Of a stretch of 64,000 nucleotides of DNA, positions 1 to 12,530 are shown one piece after another. A model generated the notes under the pieces. The model had not been told where the DNA came from. It searched no databases and saw nothing but the letters and a program-made list of their open reading frames with translations. Position 1 is the first letter of the stretch, and each line of letters begins with the position of its first letter. The DNA is from Paraspadella gotoi. Lineage: Eukaryota; Animalia; Chaetognatha. The stretch spans positions 7,088,861 through 7,152,860 of the forward strand of contig CM119268.1 in the NCBI GenBank assembly GCA_051294375.1, in the 5' to 3' direction. A program made the position numbers and the translations under genes.

Positions 1-108
1 TCACTCGTTCTTTCCTTGCTCTCTTTCTTTATTTTTTTTTACGTAACGTCATCCGATAGAGACTGTCGATAACTGACGCGGCTTCTCTCCTTTCCTCCCA
101 GCGGCCGT

Positions 109-216
<108 letters not shown>

Positions 217-1369
217 GCCGCTGACGTTTTCCTTTTTCTTTCTCTTTCTCTTTTTATCGAAGTGAAAATTGAAGAAGAACAACGGAGGCTGACGGACGAG
301 AGATCGATGGGTAGGGGGGCTTGGGATGTTGAAGGAGGGAGCTTAGGATCTTGAAGGAGGGGTCTTGGGGGTGCTAAAGGACTGGGGCCTAGGAGAAGGA
401 GAAGCTTCAAAGATAAAAGGTACTGATGATCATGTAGATAGCACGGGTAGGAGAGCTTACTGCGAAAGGGATAATTTCAGAAAGAAGACAAATAACTCCC
501 GAGCAGGGGTGTGGATGAGAAAGAAAATGGAGATAACTCAGACGCAGTGGGGTGAACCATGAAAAACGAAAAGGAGATATTCTAAGACTGATGTCTATCA
601 ATAAATGAGTGGGCGTAAACAATTCGATATATCGTTAAACTTGCAACCAGGATCAAGAAACGAACATGACTGTTAAAATCAAATAGATTTAAGTAAACCG
701 GATACTGATTGACATTGTGACCCTGCCTATCGTTGCCGTAAAAAAAAACAAAAAAAAACACACATCAAATAGCCAAAGTCAAATCTTTACAGCCGAATAA
801 TTAAATAACAATTAGACCGGGGACGATTTTAAATAAAAATGATATTCGCTAATGAGATTATTTTTTTTTTACTTTTATCGACGCTTCAGTTAACGAGATG
901 GCGCCGTCATTGACGAGTCGACCTCATTAAATGAAATATGAAAGTTGCTCTATAAATTGTCCAATTAAAAGAATAACTGCCCTGGGAGCGAAATGGGAAT
1001 GAAGCTTACGAAGCCCCACTACCGACCGCACACTCCGCTCAGTTCAAAGCGCACACTCGCGCTACGAAATTGTAATCCACGCCACGGCCACGTGCCACGA
1101 ATTTTTAAAAACCACGCCAATTCCTATTTGCGCCACTAGTTTCGATCTCTTTCCGACCTCCAGATGGAACCCGACGTCCGCCGGGGCAACGCCCCCCCTC
1201 GACCCAAGATGGACGCACGTCCGTCGGGGCTTTTCGACCCGCGACGACATTAAATCCTTGGGACGAAAGAAAATCCTCTCACGGTCGCCGTCCGGTTGTT
1301 AACGCCTCGTCGAAGACCGCACGAGGCTACATCCGGGGGCCCGGCTATGCAAATAAGGGAAGAGAGATA

Positions 1370-1408
<39 letters not shown>

Positions 1409-3537
1409 CAGGAACGGACTTTCTAAGGCGTTGCGCCCAATGAAACCGAACTGGTCCAGAAGTTACTTTTTGCTCAGTCGGTATCTCTATTATCCATCGG
1501 AAATACGGTCAGATATTCAGAAAAATAAATAATGGATTACATTTACAATTAATGTAAAGCTTAATCAATTTAGTTAATACTTGGCAAATACATGAATCAA
1601 ATATAAAACGCTTGCTATATGTACGTTTCACAACTGTATAGTCGTTTGACTATAGTAAAATGCAGTTACACTAGGCGCAATAACAGATGATGAATCAATT
1701 TCAAGTTTAAAATGAAATCATGATATCATCGCTGGAGACTCAGCCTCACCTAAAGTGAAATCGGTTCGGAGGATCGGGCGATATAAAGCAACAGAAATTG
1801 GACGCTTTGGGAATAGAGAGGCGCAATATATTATTTTATAAAAAAAGAAGCATTGAATAATGAATCACTTGTCTAAAAAATATATATTATATGGATTCAG
1901 TTGGATATTTAAATTATATAAATTGAAAATATAAAAGACTCTTGAGATAAATACGTGGAGACCGACCAAAAAGTTACGTGAACCAAGTGATTCCTGGACT
2001 ACTCGTAAAAAAAGAGAACGAGACAGAGAGAGAGAGAGTTTTAACGCAAAGATCAAAGGGTGAGGAACTGAGGATGTGAGGTCGAACGAATAAAGAAGAT
2101 GAATAGAAAGAGAGCGGAGATCTCGCCCATCGAATTACTCCAGTCGCTAGTCTCGTTTCGTCGTTTTTTTCGGAGTTCGTTGTCGTCTCAGTTCTACTAG
2201 AGCCCATTTTTGACTGATGCAACGAGACGTACATAAATTATGCGTAAACTCCCCATAAAATTGATTTATTAATGATGGTTCAAGTACAGCCAAGAATCAA
2301 CAAGAATCAACACGACCAGGCAAACAACACAAACTCTATTAAATCCACTATGGCAACAGCCGGTTTTCCTGTGATGCCCATTGGGATGGGGCATCTCACT
2401 GTTGGCTTTGGGGGCTTCCGACCCTCAGTGACGCATCCAGTCACTGACGCGGTTACCCTAGGACGGTCTCGCTTTTGCCAACGCAGAAGGAAGTCGTTAG
2501 GACTGTGGAATCCACAGTGTGGATGGAACACTACGCCTGGGATGGTGGGTTCCCCCTGTGAGCCAATGGATTTGGCTGAAGGACGATGGACGAATTAAAA
2601 CTGACCGTCGGATCAGCATTGAATCACTCCGCCGCCAGTTCCAGCATCGATACCATCACTACCTCACCGCACCGCAATGAACAACGCTAAACCACCACGA
2701 TAAACCACTCGGAACCACACTAAACCACCACACGGAACCACACTATACCGCCGTCCGTCCCATCGACTTTCGTTTATGAGGAAAAAAACCGGAAACCGCG
2801 ACTTCGATGAATGAAATATGAGGCGTTTGCGCCGCGAGGGAAAAGAGGCTGAAAAGATTATGGAAGATATAAGCCGGAATTATGTCACAAAGACAGAGAG
2901 AGAGAGAGTGTGTGAGAGTGAGTTAGTGTCACGCAGGCGCAGATTGAGAAACGGAGAGGCGGAGAAAGTCGCGGGTGGCTTAATTAGATTAATTAGTAAG
3001 ACGAAACAGTTAAAAAAACTTCTATGAAAATGTAATTTGTTATTTCTTTTTAAAATTGATCGCAGAGACTGCGCACAAAGGAGGGGGTTTAATATGTTAG
3101 TGGTTATGTTGCGAGACAAAGAAAGTTTTATGGCAAACAAATGGGAAGCCACAAGTCACAAGAAGCAAACAGAACGACTCAGATGGACAGTAAGGTGGAG
3201 CGAAGAAAATAACTATAGTTTTTTATTTATTATATTTTTTAAATTTTTTAATAAACAATATTTTTAAAAATTAAAGCTTACAATTTTTTTTCTATTTAAA
3301 AATTGATATTTTAAATATTTTAATATAGATTTAAAAATAAAATTTAAAAAAAATATTATAGAAAAAAAATTATATTAATATTTTTTTAGGGGGTTTGCTT
3401 AAAAATAAAAATTAAATACTTTATTTAAATTAAATAAACTAATTTATTATACAATTAATTATTTAATAATAAAATATTTTTAAAAAATACAATTTTATGA
3501 ACATTCGGTCCAGTCTAATGTCCAGACAACAACTCAC

Positions 3538-3623
3538 CCAGCGCCTCGTCCAAGTCAGACTCGTCCAATCGTCTTTCCTCCCATAAATCCAGTTTGTTGC
3601 CGACGACGACGATAGGGATGTCA
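3538..3623 (-). CDS. Ras-family small GTPase, G4 (NKxD) exon
   Basis: Acceptor ctcctttcag| and donor G|gtgagt. The 86-bp exon translates (S)DIPIVVVGNKLDLWEERRLDESDLDEAL. Its phase-2 start matches the phase-2 end (AG|) of exon 8031-8211, giving ...EQRGLCSDIPIVVVGNKLDL. This frame is not in the ORF track. Confidence 0.92.
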
Positions 3624-4085
3624 CTGAAAGGAGATGGGGAGCGAGGGGGGGGCGGTAGGGTAGTGAGGGGGAGTGGAGTGAGACTAAAGGGGAAGGAAGC
3701 CTTTTGGAGCTTTTCACTGTGAGAGATAAGGAAAGAGGAAAAGTTAGGGATGCGTCACGAAAGATAAGAAAAGTTTAAGGGAAAAATGGTTGGAGCATCG
3801 ATGAAAATAAGTGGTAAATATTCAGGGGGAAAAAGGATCGTAATTAATTACCGTTGACTTTGAATTATTCAGGAGTTTGAAGTTTTAAAAAGAAAACTGG
3901 CTCGTTAATGGAGGTATTTTAAACATTTCAGTTTGTTAAAATTAGATAACAATGGCTGTCATGTTAGCCATAGCTGATAAAATTTAAATATACAGTGTTA
4001 AAATAATCTATCATGAGCATAGATTATGGTATTGAAATAATTTTTGTCAAAAATGCTTTCTTCTGAGGGTACTAGCCTAATTAAA

Positions 4086-4506
4086 ATTATTATATTACTT
4101 TATAGAGAAAAATTTTTTTTTTTGAAATCTTAATTTTTTTTGATAGATTCTGATAGAGCATAAAAAGTTAAACAAGAAATATAATTAAAGCTTTTAAAAA
4201 TTATTATATTTTCTAAGTGAAAATAAAAAAAATGATAAATCATTGAAAGACGATGATGATGATGATGAATTTTTACAGTTTTTCTNNNNNNNNNNTCCCT
4301 ACAAGTTTTCATTATATATTACTTTATAGAGAAAAAATTTTTTTTTGAAATCTTAAATTTTTTTGATAGATTCTGATAGAGCATAGAAAGTTAAACAAGA
4401 AATATAATTACAGCTTTTAAAAATTATTATATTTTCTAAGTGAAAATAAAAAAATGATAAATAATTGAAAGATGATGATGATGATGATGATTTTTTACAG
4501 TTTTTC
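4086..4506. repeat. ~200-bp near-identical direct duplication flanking a 10-N gap (4086-4285 / 4311-4506); probable haplotype or scaffolding artefact
   Basis: attatatattactttatagagaaaaa...ttttacagtttttct appears on both sides of the gap with a few substitutions. Confidence 0.85.
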
Positions 4507-5701
4507 TTATTTTTGACTCACTAATCATAAAAATATTTAAAAAATAATTTTACTTTGTGTAGACAACTTTTTATGAGCTATCCGAAACTGGTCTTAAAAT
4601 TTAAAAATTCTCAAAAAAATCTTTGGCCTTTCCTATCTATAAATAAATATTAAAAAAAATTAATTACTAGGGTATAGACTATGGAGCCATATAAAAATAT
4701 TTTAAAGTATACTTAAAATGTATTAATTTTTGACTCACCCCATTGAGTGCGGCTGTAACCGAGGCTGCCATATTGCGCATTTTAATGTTACAAAATTAAA
4801 GAAACAAGGGCTGATAGGTTTTGCCGTTTAAGTTGTTTTGCTGTTTAACTTTAACATCTCAAACATTGATGTAACAATGAACGGTTACGTTTTGATAAAA
4901 TCTCGCGAGAGAAAAGAAAAAATTCGGTTCTGAAAAGTTAGGTCGGTGAGTCCGCGCGAATGGGTAAGGGAAAGAAAATTGCTTCACAAGTCACGAAGGT
5001 AAGAAATGTGGGAGGAATAAAACCGCGGGGAGGAAAGTGGGACCAAATTATGGCGACGAAATAAATGTGTTTGGGGAAAGAAAAAGAGGCGCCGAATTAA
5101 TAGGATGGAACATCTGGGCAAAAAAAAATTATTTAAGATTTGCAAAATTAGTTATCAAGTACAAATTTATTTTTATTAGAACCCTCACAATGGATTTTAT
5201 TTGTAAAAAAAAGAGAATTATTATGTATGTTGATAAAAATTTACATTTTTTTAGTATCTAAATAGATTTTATACCAGAAAGTATAACTGAAAAGTCTGAA
5301 ATACTTAAATAGCATAAAATATAGTATTCAACGAAGTTTTATAACTTTATTCTGAATCTATGGTTAAAAATTATAACTTTTGAATTTATAAGGTTAGTAA
5401 TAGTATAACAATATAATATAATATTTCCTCACTATATACAAACAAAATTTTAAAGGAATTTGATTTCATTATCGCTGTATAAATTACATTATTATTCCAT
5501 CTCATATTTCATTTTTGTTCATCTTTTAATATTTTCACCTAAATAAACATTCAAACTTTGCTTTTTTAGTTTCTTCGTCTCCCTCGCTATTTATTTTCTC
5601 TTTCCCTCTTTCCCCCTGTTTACCCATAAACCTTTTTTCTCCCGTTTTTTTCGTCTCTTTATTCCTGTGCGAAAACTACCTAGACGGGGAGAGAGAGGAG
5701 A

Positions 5702-5740
<39 letters not shown>

Positions 5741-5846
5741 AGAGAGAGAGGAGAAGAGAGAGAGTCGGGCGAAGATAGACAAAGTCTGCCCAAGAGAGAC
5801 GAAAATTGCAGGAGGAAGACATTTTGAGTTGAGGCGAGAAAACGGA

Positions 5847-5915
<69 letters not shown>

Positions 5916-6710
5916 GACAGACTTTCTTTTGTCAAAAATACAATTAAAACCGGCGCTAAGACTTTTCCAGAAAGAAAAAATCTGGAAAAAAAAAAAATGA
6001 AAAGGCCCTTTCATATCGATGGAGAAACCTTTTTACTTTTTCACGTTTGTTTGTTTTTATTTGTTTAAAAAATCAACAAAATCTTTCCTAAGTATTAAAC
6101 TGAAGCAAAAAAAAAAAGTCAATGAAAAAGAAGCAGAACGAAAACTTTCGCTCATATTTTCCGTTATCCAATTATGCGGAAGGCTCACTACATATATTCA
6201 CACGAAAAAAATTATTGCTAAGATATGAGAAACACCTTTTTTCTTTTCGCTCAAGGTTTTCTGTTGACTTATTTTGAGTCTCTATTTCTATTATGTTTGT
6301 TTACCTTTCATTTTTTTCTTTTCATTTCATTTTTTTAGCTCTTTTTTGCTTTCTCCTCATTACATTTTCTCCTTTCTTTTCTCGTCAGTCAGGGACCTGC
6401 TATGTTATTATCTCGTAAAGATGATGGTGCCCAAAACCACCAAATCCAAAGTTTTTTTTCATTTCTTCTCTTTTTCCTTTTTTTAATCTTCTTTTCCTTT
6501 TTTCCTTTATAAAATTCTAATTTCTCATTCTTTTCCTTTCCTTTCTTTCTCCTTTTCACCTCCTTTCCGTTTCCAGCGTCAAAAACGTCACTAAAGTCAG
6601 ATTCACTCAAAAAAATAAAAAGATTATAGATGCGACAAGATTCGTTCAAAAAGGTCTCGAGTCCTGAGTTTTGAGTCTCGAGTCTCCAGATTTGATTGAA
6701 CTAAAACCAG

Positions 6711-6784
6711 AGGGTTGGGTCACGATGTCGATGTTGTTTGGGCCGAAATTGCTTTCGGAAATTTCTCGAATAAGAAAAGAACGG
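6711..6784 (+). CDS. Candidate small exon resembling class C GPCR TM7, antisense within the Ras-gene intron
   Basis: ccag|AG...GAACGG|gtgagt reads (E)GWVTMSMLFGPKLLSEISRIRKER, similar to the LFxPK motif ending class C TM7. No other exons of such a gene were recognised. Confidence 0.25.
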
Positions 6785-7443
6785 GTGAGTCAGGAGCGGA
6801 TCTCAGGGATGTGCTATAAATAGATTGGCACTTAAGATAACAATTTCGGAAATATTGTCCACAATTAGGTTAGTTTTTACTTTTCAAAATCTGGTGAGAC
6901 TTAAAGGTTAGAATTAAGGATTAAGTTATGAATTAGGCTTAGGAATTATGTTCAGAATTTTGTTAGATTAAGGATTAGGGGTTAGGCTTAGGAGATACAT
7001 AAAAGACGCACTTTCTTTAAATAAAGCTCATATTTGAATTTCATTTCTCCCTTAATCATTAGTAGCATTTTGGTAACATCGGCGGTTACGAACCGAATGT
7101 ACTCGGTTCCTTTTTTGTATTGTTTTGTACAAACTCCTTTTTGTGCAACCTAACAGGAAAGCATGTTTATTAATGTTATTAATGTTTGTTTAATTGTTTA
7201 TGGTTCAAGTCTGCTCAGATTCGGGGACTACGAAGGGTCCAAAGCCTCTGACCCAGTATCGACACAACCCCATCACACCCTATCACTCGGAGGTTGCCGT
7301 GGATCTTGAGCAGCGCAATTATTCCAGCCCGGTCACGGCGTCACGGCGTCACGTCGTCCCGGTGTCACGCTTGGCCGATGGAGCGGGAGGAATCGACGAG
7401 GATTGGAAATTGGAACCGGAACTCTTGGACTTTAGCGAGTTGC

Positions 7444-7552
<109 letters not shown>

Positions 7553-7935
7553 TCTTCTCCATCTAAAATTCAGTTGGTGAGCCCTGGTTTTCGTATGGTT
7601 TCAGACAACGAAGAGTTAATCAATATGTAAATCGACATAATCGATTAAAATTCGTAAAATCATTGGAGGAAGGAAGCGGATTCCAGTATATCGAGAGAAA
7701 ATTCGTGATTCTTGTTTTGTCAACGAGAGAAAATTAAATTTAAAGATAGGGAAAAGAGTGAAAAAGTTGGTCGCCGCAACAAATTGAGCGTGTATAATAT
7801 AGTAGTTTTCTTCAAATATACATTTATACTGGACTGATAGTTTTTTTTTGCTCAAACATGGAATAAGAAAGAACAACCTTCAGATAAGAGAGAAGATTAT
7901 ATGACACTGCTCTCTCTATCCTTCTGACCGTCTGC

Positions 7936-8030
<95 letters not shown>

Positions 8031-8031
<1 letters not shown>

Positions 8032-8211
8032 TGCATAGTCCCCTCTGTTCGGCGATCTGGCGCATGACCTTGACGACACGGTTGAGCGTCTCTATCTCGT
8101 TGATGGCAAAGACGAGAACAAAGGCGTCTGCGGTGGCGATGTAGAGCCGCTCCATCGCCGGAAACTCTAATTTTCCCGCCGTGTCGAGGAGGTCCACTTT
8201 GATCTGAATGC
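8031..8211 (-). CDS. Ras-family small GTPase (Di-Ras/Rhes/Rap-like), G3 (DTAG) exon
   Basis: Translates [59 protein letters not shown], i.e. DTAG plus FPAM switch II plus AFVLVF. Flanked by gacag| and CAG|gtgag (181 bp). FPAM and a non-Gln after DTAG resemble the Di-Ras/RASD branch. Confidence 0.93.
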
Positions 8212-9427
8212 CTGTCGATACAACGCTATTGACTATTGGACTGATCATTTGTTTTCTTCAAGCCTCGCTACAAACTGCATTCGAATAATAATATTTCTGA
8301 TTTTTGAAAAACGGACACTATGTTCCAATGATTACGATTTTATAAAAATTTTTAAAAAATATAACGCATAAGGCCTCTCTTGGTCACACTACGTTCACGT
8401 AATTTTTTAAGACTAGGATTTTTCACGATACTTTAAAATACATTTTGTTTATATAAATAAAATAAATAAAATTCTTAAACTAATGTAAGTTATTGCTCTA
8501 AAAGAAAAACGAGTTTTGCGATACATAGATAATAATACATATACATAATACACACTCATTGTACACTATATTTTGTCAAGAGATTTTTTAAACGAAGAGC
8601 CTAAAGGAACTGAAAAATCGAGTAGAGCCTCGACAAAGGGCATTTTTTTCCCGTGAATTTCTAGGAAATTGAGGCGTGATCATTCTGACCCCATTTTCAG
8701 CGGGTCTTGGCCTCATTTCATTCAGCGGAGGTCAACCAAGTCACTTTCCTTCTGAATTAACGCAACTGATAACTTGGGTTTCACGCCTCACCTCAATTAC
8801 AATTTTCGACTTTTCCTTTTATGGTATTGTATATTTATTGTATATTTACATGTATTGGCGCAGCCACTGGTTGATATTTCCTTGCGAAAATTATTTTTTT
8901 GTCGCGAATAATGTGTTACGTAAGACGTACGTTTGTATCGAAGTCAAAACTGATCATAAATGTCATATGTCAAATTTCATTTCTTTATTTGATTAGAGAA
9001 AAAAATATGGTATTTATTGTTACTTTTATCTTTGACCCCGGGTGAAATAGCAGATAATTTTTATAAAGTTAGATAATTCGGAGCAACAAACAAAAAAAAA
9101 AAATATCCGGCCCTGTTGATGTCATACCTATTACCCAGCTTAGGGAGACTCCACTTGGCCAGTAGCCAGTGGCAACCCCATTCCTGTCCAATGCCTTCTC
9201 GTTCCCCCTCAATAAAACCTTAAATCGCTCCGAGAAAAAAGGGGGCTCGTCTTGTTTATTAGTCTCTCAGGCCTCATTTTCTCGACTGAATAAACCGAGA
9301 GACGAATTTAAAAAGAAAATTCGATACGGAGGTCTCTCTCCTTGGAAAGGAATATTATTGGAAAGACCTTCTGCTATCTTTAATTGGCTTTCCCCCTCAA
9401 TTTGACCAAAATCTAATTTATCTAATC

Positions 9428-9858
9428 GAGTGATGGAGTGACAGAGGCCTTAAACCACCAAAGCCTGTCCAAAGTCAGGGACAAGATAGCTTGTTTATTA
9501 AATGAATGAATAATTTTTATATTAGTTGTACCAATTTCATAAAATTCAGCGGCTTGTATTTTGATACTGGGCGGAGTACAATATAGTATTCCCCGTTCTA
9601 ATACTTAAGGGAGTGGTCTTTTCATAAAATTGAAACATTCTTTGAAATATTATACCACTTCATTGATAGGGAAGCGAGGTACTCTGGGAGTGAATAAACG
9701 AGACTGTGAGAGAGTCTTGATTGAAAGCTTACCTGCTATGTCATTATCTTGTAAGAGTGATGGAGGCCTTAAACCACCAAAGTCTGTCCAAAGGACAGGC
9801 CAGATAGCTTGTTTATTAATTGAATGGATACTTTTTATATTTCTTGTATCAATTTCAT
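9428..9858 (+). repeat. Dispersed repeat family A, two adjacent partial copies (others ~15295-15365, ~22105-22155 reverse, ~42928-43503)
   Basis: Shared segments gagtgatggag..gccttaaaccaccaaag.ctgtccaaag...agatagcttgtttatta and ctctgggagtgaataaacgagactgtgagagagtcttga recur at these loci. Confidence 0.8.
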
Positions 9859-10429
9859 AAATGAATTTAAAAAAAAATTGTTATACAGTTTCAAATTGCT
9901 TTTGAGTTGTCAAGGTAATGGAAGTGATTTTCGGAAATCGATTTCGAAATCGAAAGGGCGCCATAACATTTTTGACTCGCGAAACGGCATCTTAACTAGT
10001 GAAAGGACATTATTACATTATAATTTTTTTAACTCTCCCATAAATAAAATTATACTTGAAATTTAAGTATAAAATCACTACTAGACGAATTGGCGTGGTC
10101 CAAACTATTTTTGATCATCTTTTAATCAACTTTTAACCTTTACTCTTGTCTTTTTGTTGATTCCCAAAGCGTCACTTGATAATCGCCCAATAGAGGCGCA
10201 GCTGCATTTTGATTGCGCAACGCCCTTGTTTGACATTTGGGATTCCGCTTTAAACGCTAATGAATGATTTTTTTCAACGCACTACAACATTGGAAAAGAT
10301 GCGAAAGGGTTAAATGAAGTAAAAATCAGGAACGGTTATTCCGATGTGTTGATCACGTATGACATGACCTGAAATGACTAACAATCTTTCTTCGCCTGTG
10401 TATTTATGACATGTACTGCATCAAAATTT

Positions 10430-10617
10430 CCTTTTTTATTCCTTATAGTTTTAGGATTTTCTGAAGGCGTCGCTAGCAGTCCCTTAGATTTGAGGTTTTT
10501 TCTGTCTTAACAAATGAGCAACCAACTATAAGCAAATTATATGCATTTTTAACCTATGGGACAGACCGACCGAAAAGTGACTTGTAGAGTTGCTCCGCGA
10601 GTACTCGAAACTAGAAA
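10430..10617. mobile_element. Dispersed family B, DINE-1/HINE (Helentron-associated)-like non-autonomous element
   Basis: tatagtttt...gaaggcgtcgctagcagt...tagatttgag...gtcttaacaaatgagcaacc...gacagaccgaccgaaaagtgacttgtagagttgctccgcg, shared with at least 7 other loci. Has a GACC/GACA microsatellite and a terminal inverted motif. Confidence 0.65.
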
Positions 10618-10933
10618 AAGGTAAACACGGTGGGGGGGGATAAAAAAAGTAATAACCCGATAAAAAATAAATTTAATAAACTTAGTAATGGAAATGGAGG
10701 AAACTGAAAGAAATTCAAAACATGAATGGAAAAAAAATGCTGAAAAAAATTGTGGGCGATGAAAAAAGTATGAAAGGAAAAAAAAACACCCAAAAAAAAG
10801 GCGGAAACAACGACAACAACAACAACAAAAAGGTAAGACCATTTATTTTAATGGTTTCCCCTCGGGGAATTTTTCGAAAGCGTCGAGAAATATATTTGCG
10901 ATTTAAATGTACAAGTAAAATAATTTCCATAAA

Positions 10934-11260
10934 GGCCTTAGTTTTCCAAAAACGTCCCATTTCATTTCAAAATTGAAATTAGGTTGATTTTTTGAATTAA
11001 ACTTTAGGTCGAAGGTTAAGAGATTGGGTTATGGATTAGGTTAATGATTAAGGTTAGGGGATTAGGTTATGGATTAGGTTAATGATTAAGGTTAGGGGAT
11101 TAGGTTATGGATTAGGTTAATGATTAAGGTTAGCAGATTAGGTTATGGATTAGGTTAATGATTAAGGTTAGGGGATTAGGTTATGAATTAAGTTAATGAT
11201 TAAGGTTAGCGGCTAGGGACGAGGGTTTAAGGTTAAAGGTTATTGTTAAAAGTTATTGAT
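10934..11260. repeat. Family C: MITE-like left end plus 38-bp tandem repeat (~5 copies, 11026-11210) of degenerate TTAGG(G) units
   Basis: Unit ggttatggattaggttaatgattaaggttaggggatta with a 38-bp period (11031, 11069, 11107...). Preceded by ggccttagttttccaaaaacgtcccatttc, which resembles the left TIR at 17718. Confidence 0.75.
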
Positions 11261-11904
11261 AATGGTTTAAGGTTATTGGGATATAACTATTACAGGAGAT
11301 ACAGAGATGGAACCGGATCAAAGACCCGGTGAGAAATTACCAAAATGGAATCAAGCTCTCTGATTGGTCAAGACCCGAATGGAATCAGCCAATCGGCAGA
11401 TAGGCTTTTATCCACCAGGAAACTTTATGTTTATAAAATTGGTACAACCAATATAAAAATTATCCATTCATTTAATAAATAAGCTAATAACTTATATTTG
11501 ATTTAAATATAATAAAAAAAAATAATTTTTAAGATAAAATAACAGAAACAGGGCGCTCAGGGAAAAGAGAGCCGAAATAGATTCAACGGGAAGGAACCGA
11601 AAAAAATAAAAGTTTTAAAACGCAATAAAGTTAAGAGAAGAAAGTGGAAGAGGTCCGGCGGGTAAGTTTCGAGTTTTGAGTTCAAAGATCGTAATCGTGG
11701 TGCGAACTTGTTACGGTTGTCTATCGTCTGTCTTTTACTGTTGTCGTTGTAGCCGTTTCCACGGATCTTACGTAGTAAGGTTTTAATCTCGCTTCTCATA
11801 TTATTGCTCTTTTATTTTGCATTTTAGCATTTTAGCTATAATTGGATGATGACATTTTCATTCCGAGAATTATTGATTTTCGATGCGAAATGCTCAGCCA
11901 ACAT

Positions 11905-11935
<31 letters not shown>

Positions 11936-12279
11936 GCTTTTTCCCCCGCTTTCTGATCTGTTTCTCGTCAGTCTATCGGTCAGTCAGTCTACCTCGTGTA
12001 GGGACTGAAAATAAAATCCTTATTTGTTTCCCAAATTATGTTACTGAAGCCTTTTTAATCAGACCCCAACAGACGTCTATTAAAGAGAAAGACATATAGA
12101 GAAACAGAGAGAGAGAGAGAGAGATAAATACAGATTGAGAGAGAGCGAAATAGCAAAGCAGCCATCTTGTTTGTCCTCGTTTCTTGCCTTCACTCTGCCA
12201 TTGTTTCACCTTTCTTCAAATCTGACTGTCAAAACTTCAATCACCTTTTTTACTTCTTTCCTTCCTCCCTTCGCTACTT

Positions 12280-12530
12280 TCCTTCTTCATTCCTCCTTTC
12301 ACCTCTTTCCTTCTTTCCTTCCTTACTCCACTTTTTTCCTTCTTCATTCCTTCCTCCACTTTTTTCCTTCTTCATTCCTTCCTCCACTTTTTTCCTTCTT
12401 CATTCCTTCCTCCACTTTTTTCCTTCTTCATTCCTTCCTTCACTTTTTTCCTTCTTTCCTTCCTTCCTCCACTCTTTTCCTTCTTCATTCCTTCCTCCAC
12501 TTTTTTCCTTCTTCATTCCTTCCTCCACTC
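12280..12530. repeat. 28-bp polypyrimidine minisatellite (tcttcattccttcctccacttttttcct)
   Basis: Period 28 (12341, 12369, 12397...). Accounts for spurious ORFs 12135-12821 and 12167-12685. Confidence 0.9.

Noticed and set aside
11026-11210. True telomere or chromosome fusion site
   Set aside because: Few exact TTAGGG units, and the arrays are degenerate, dispersed and associated with TIR-like ends.
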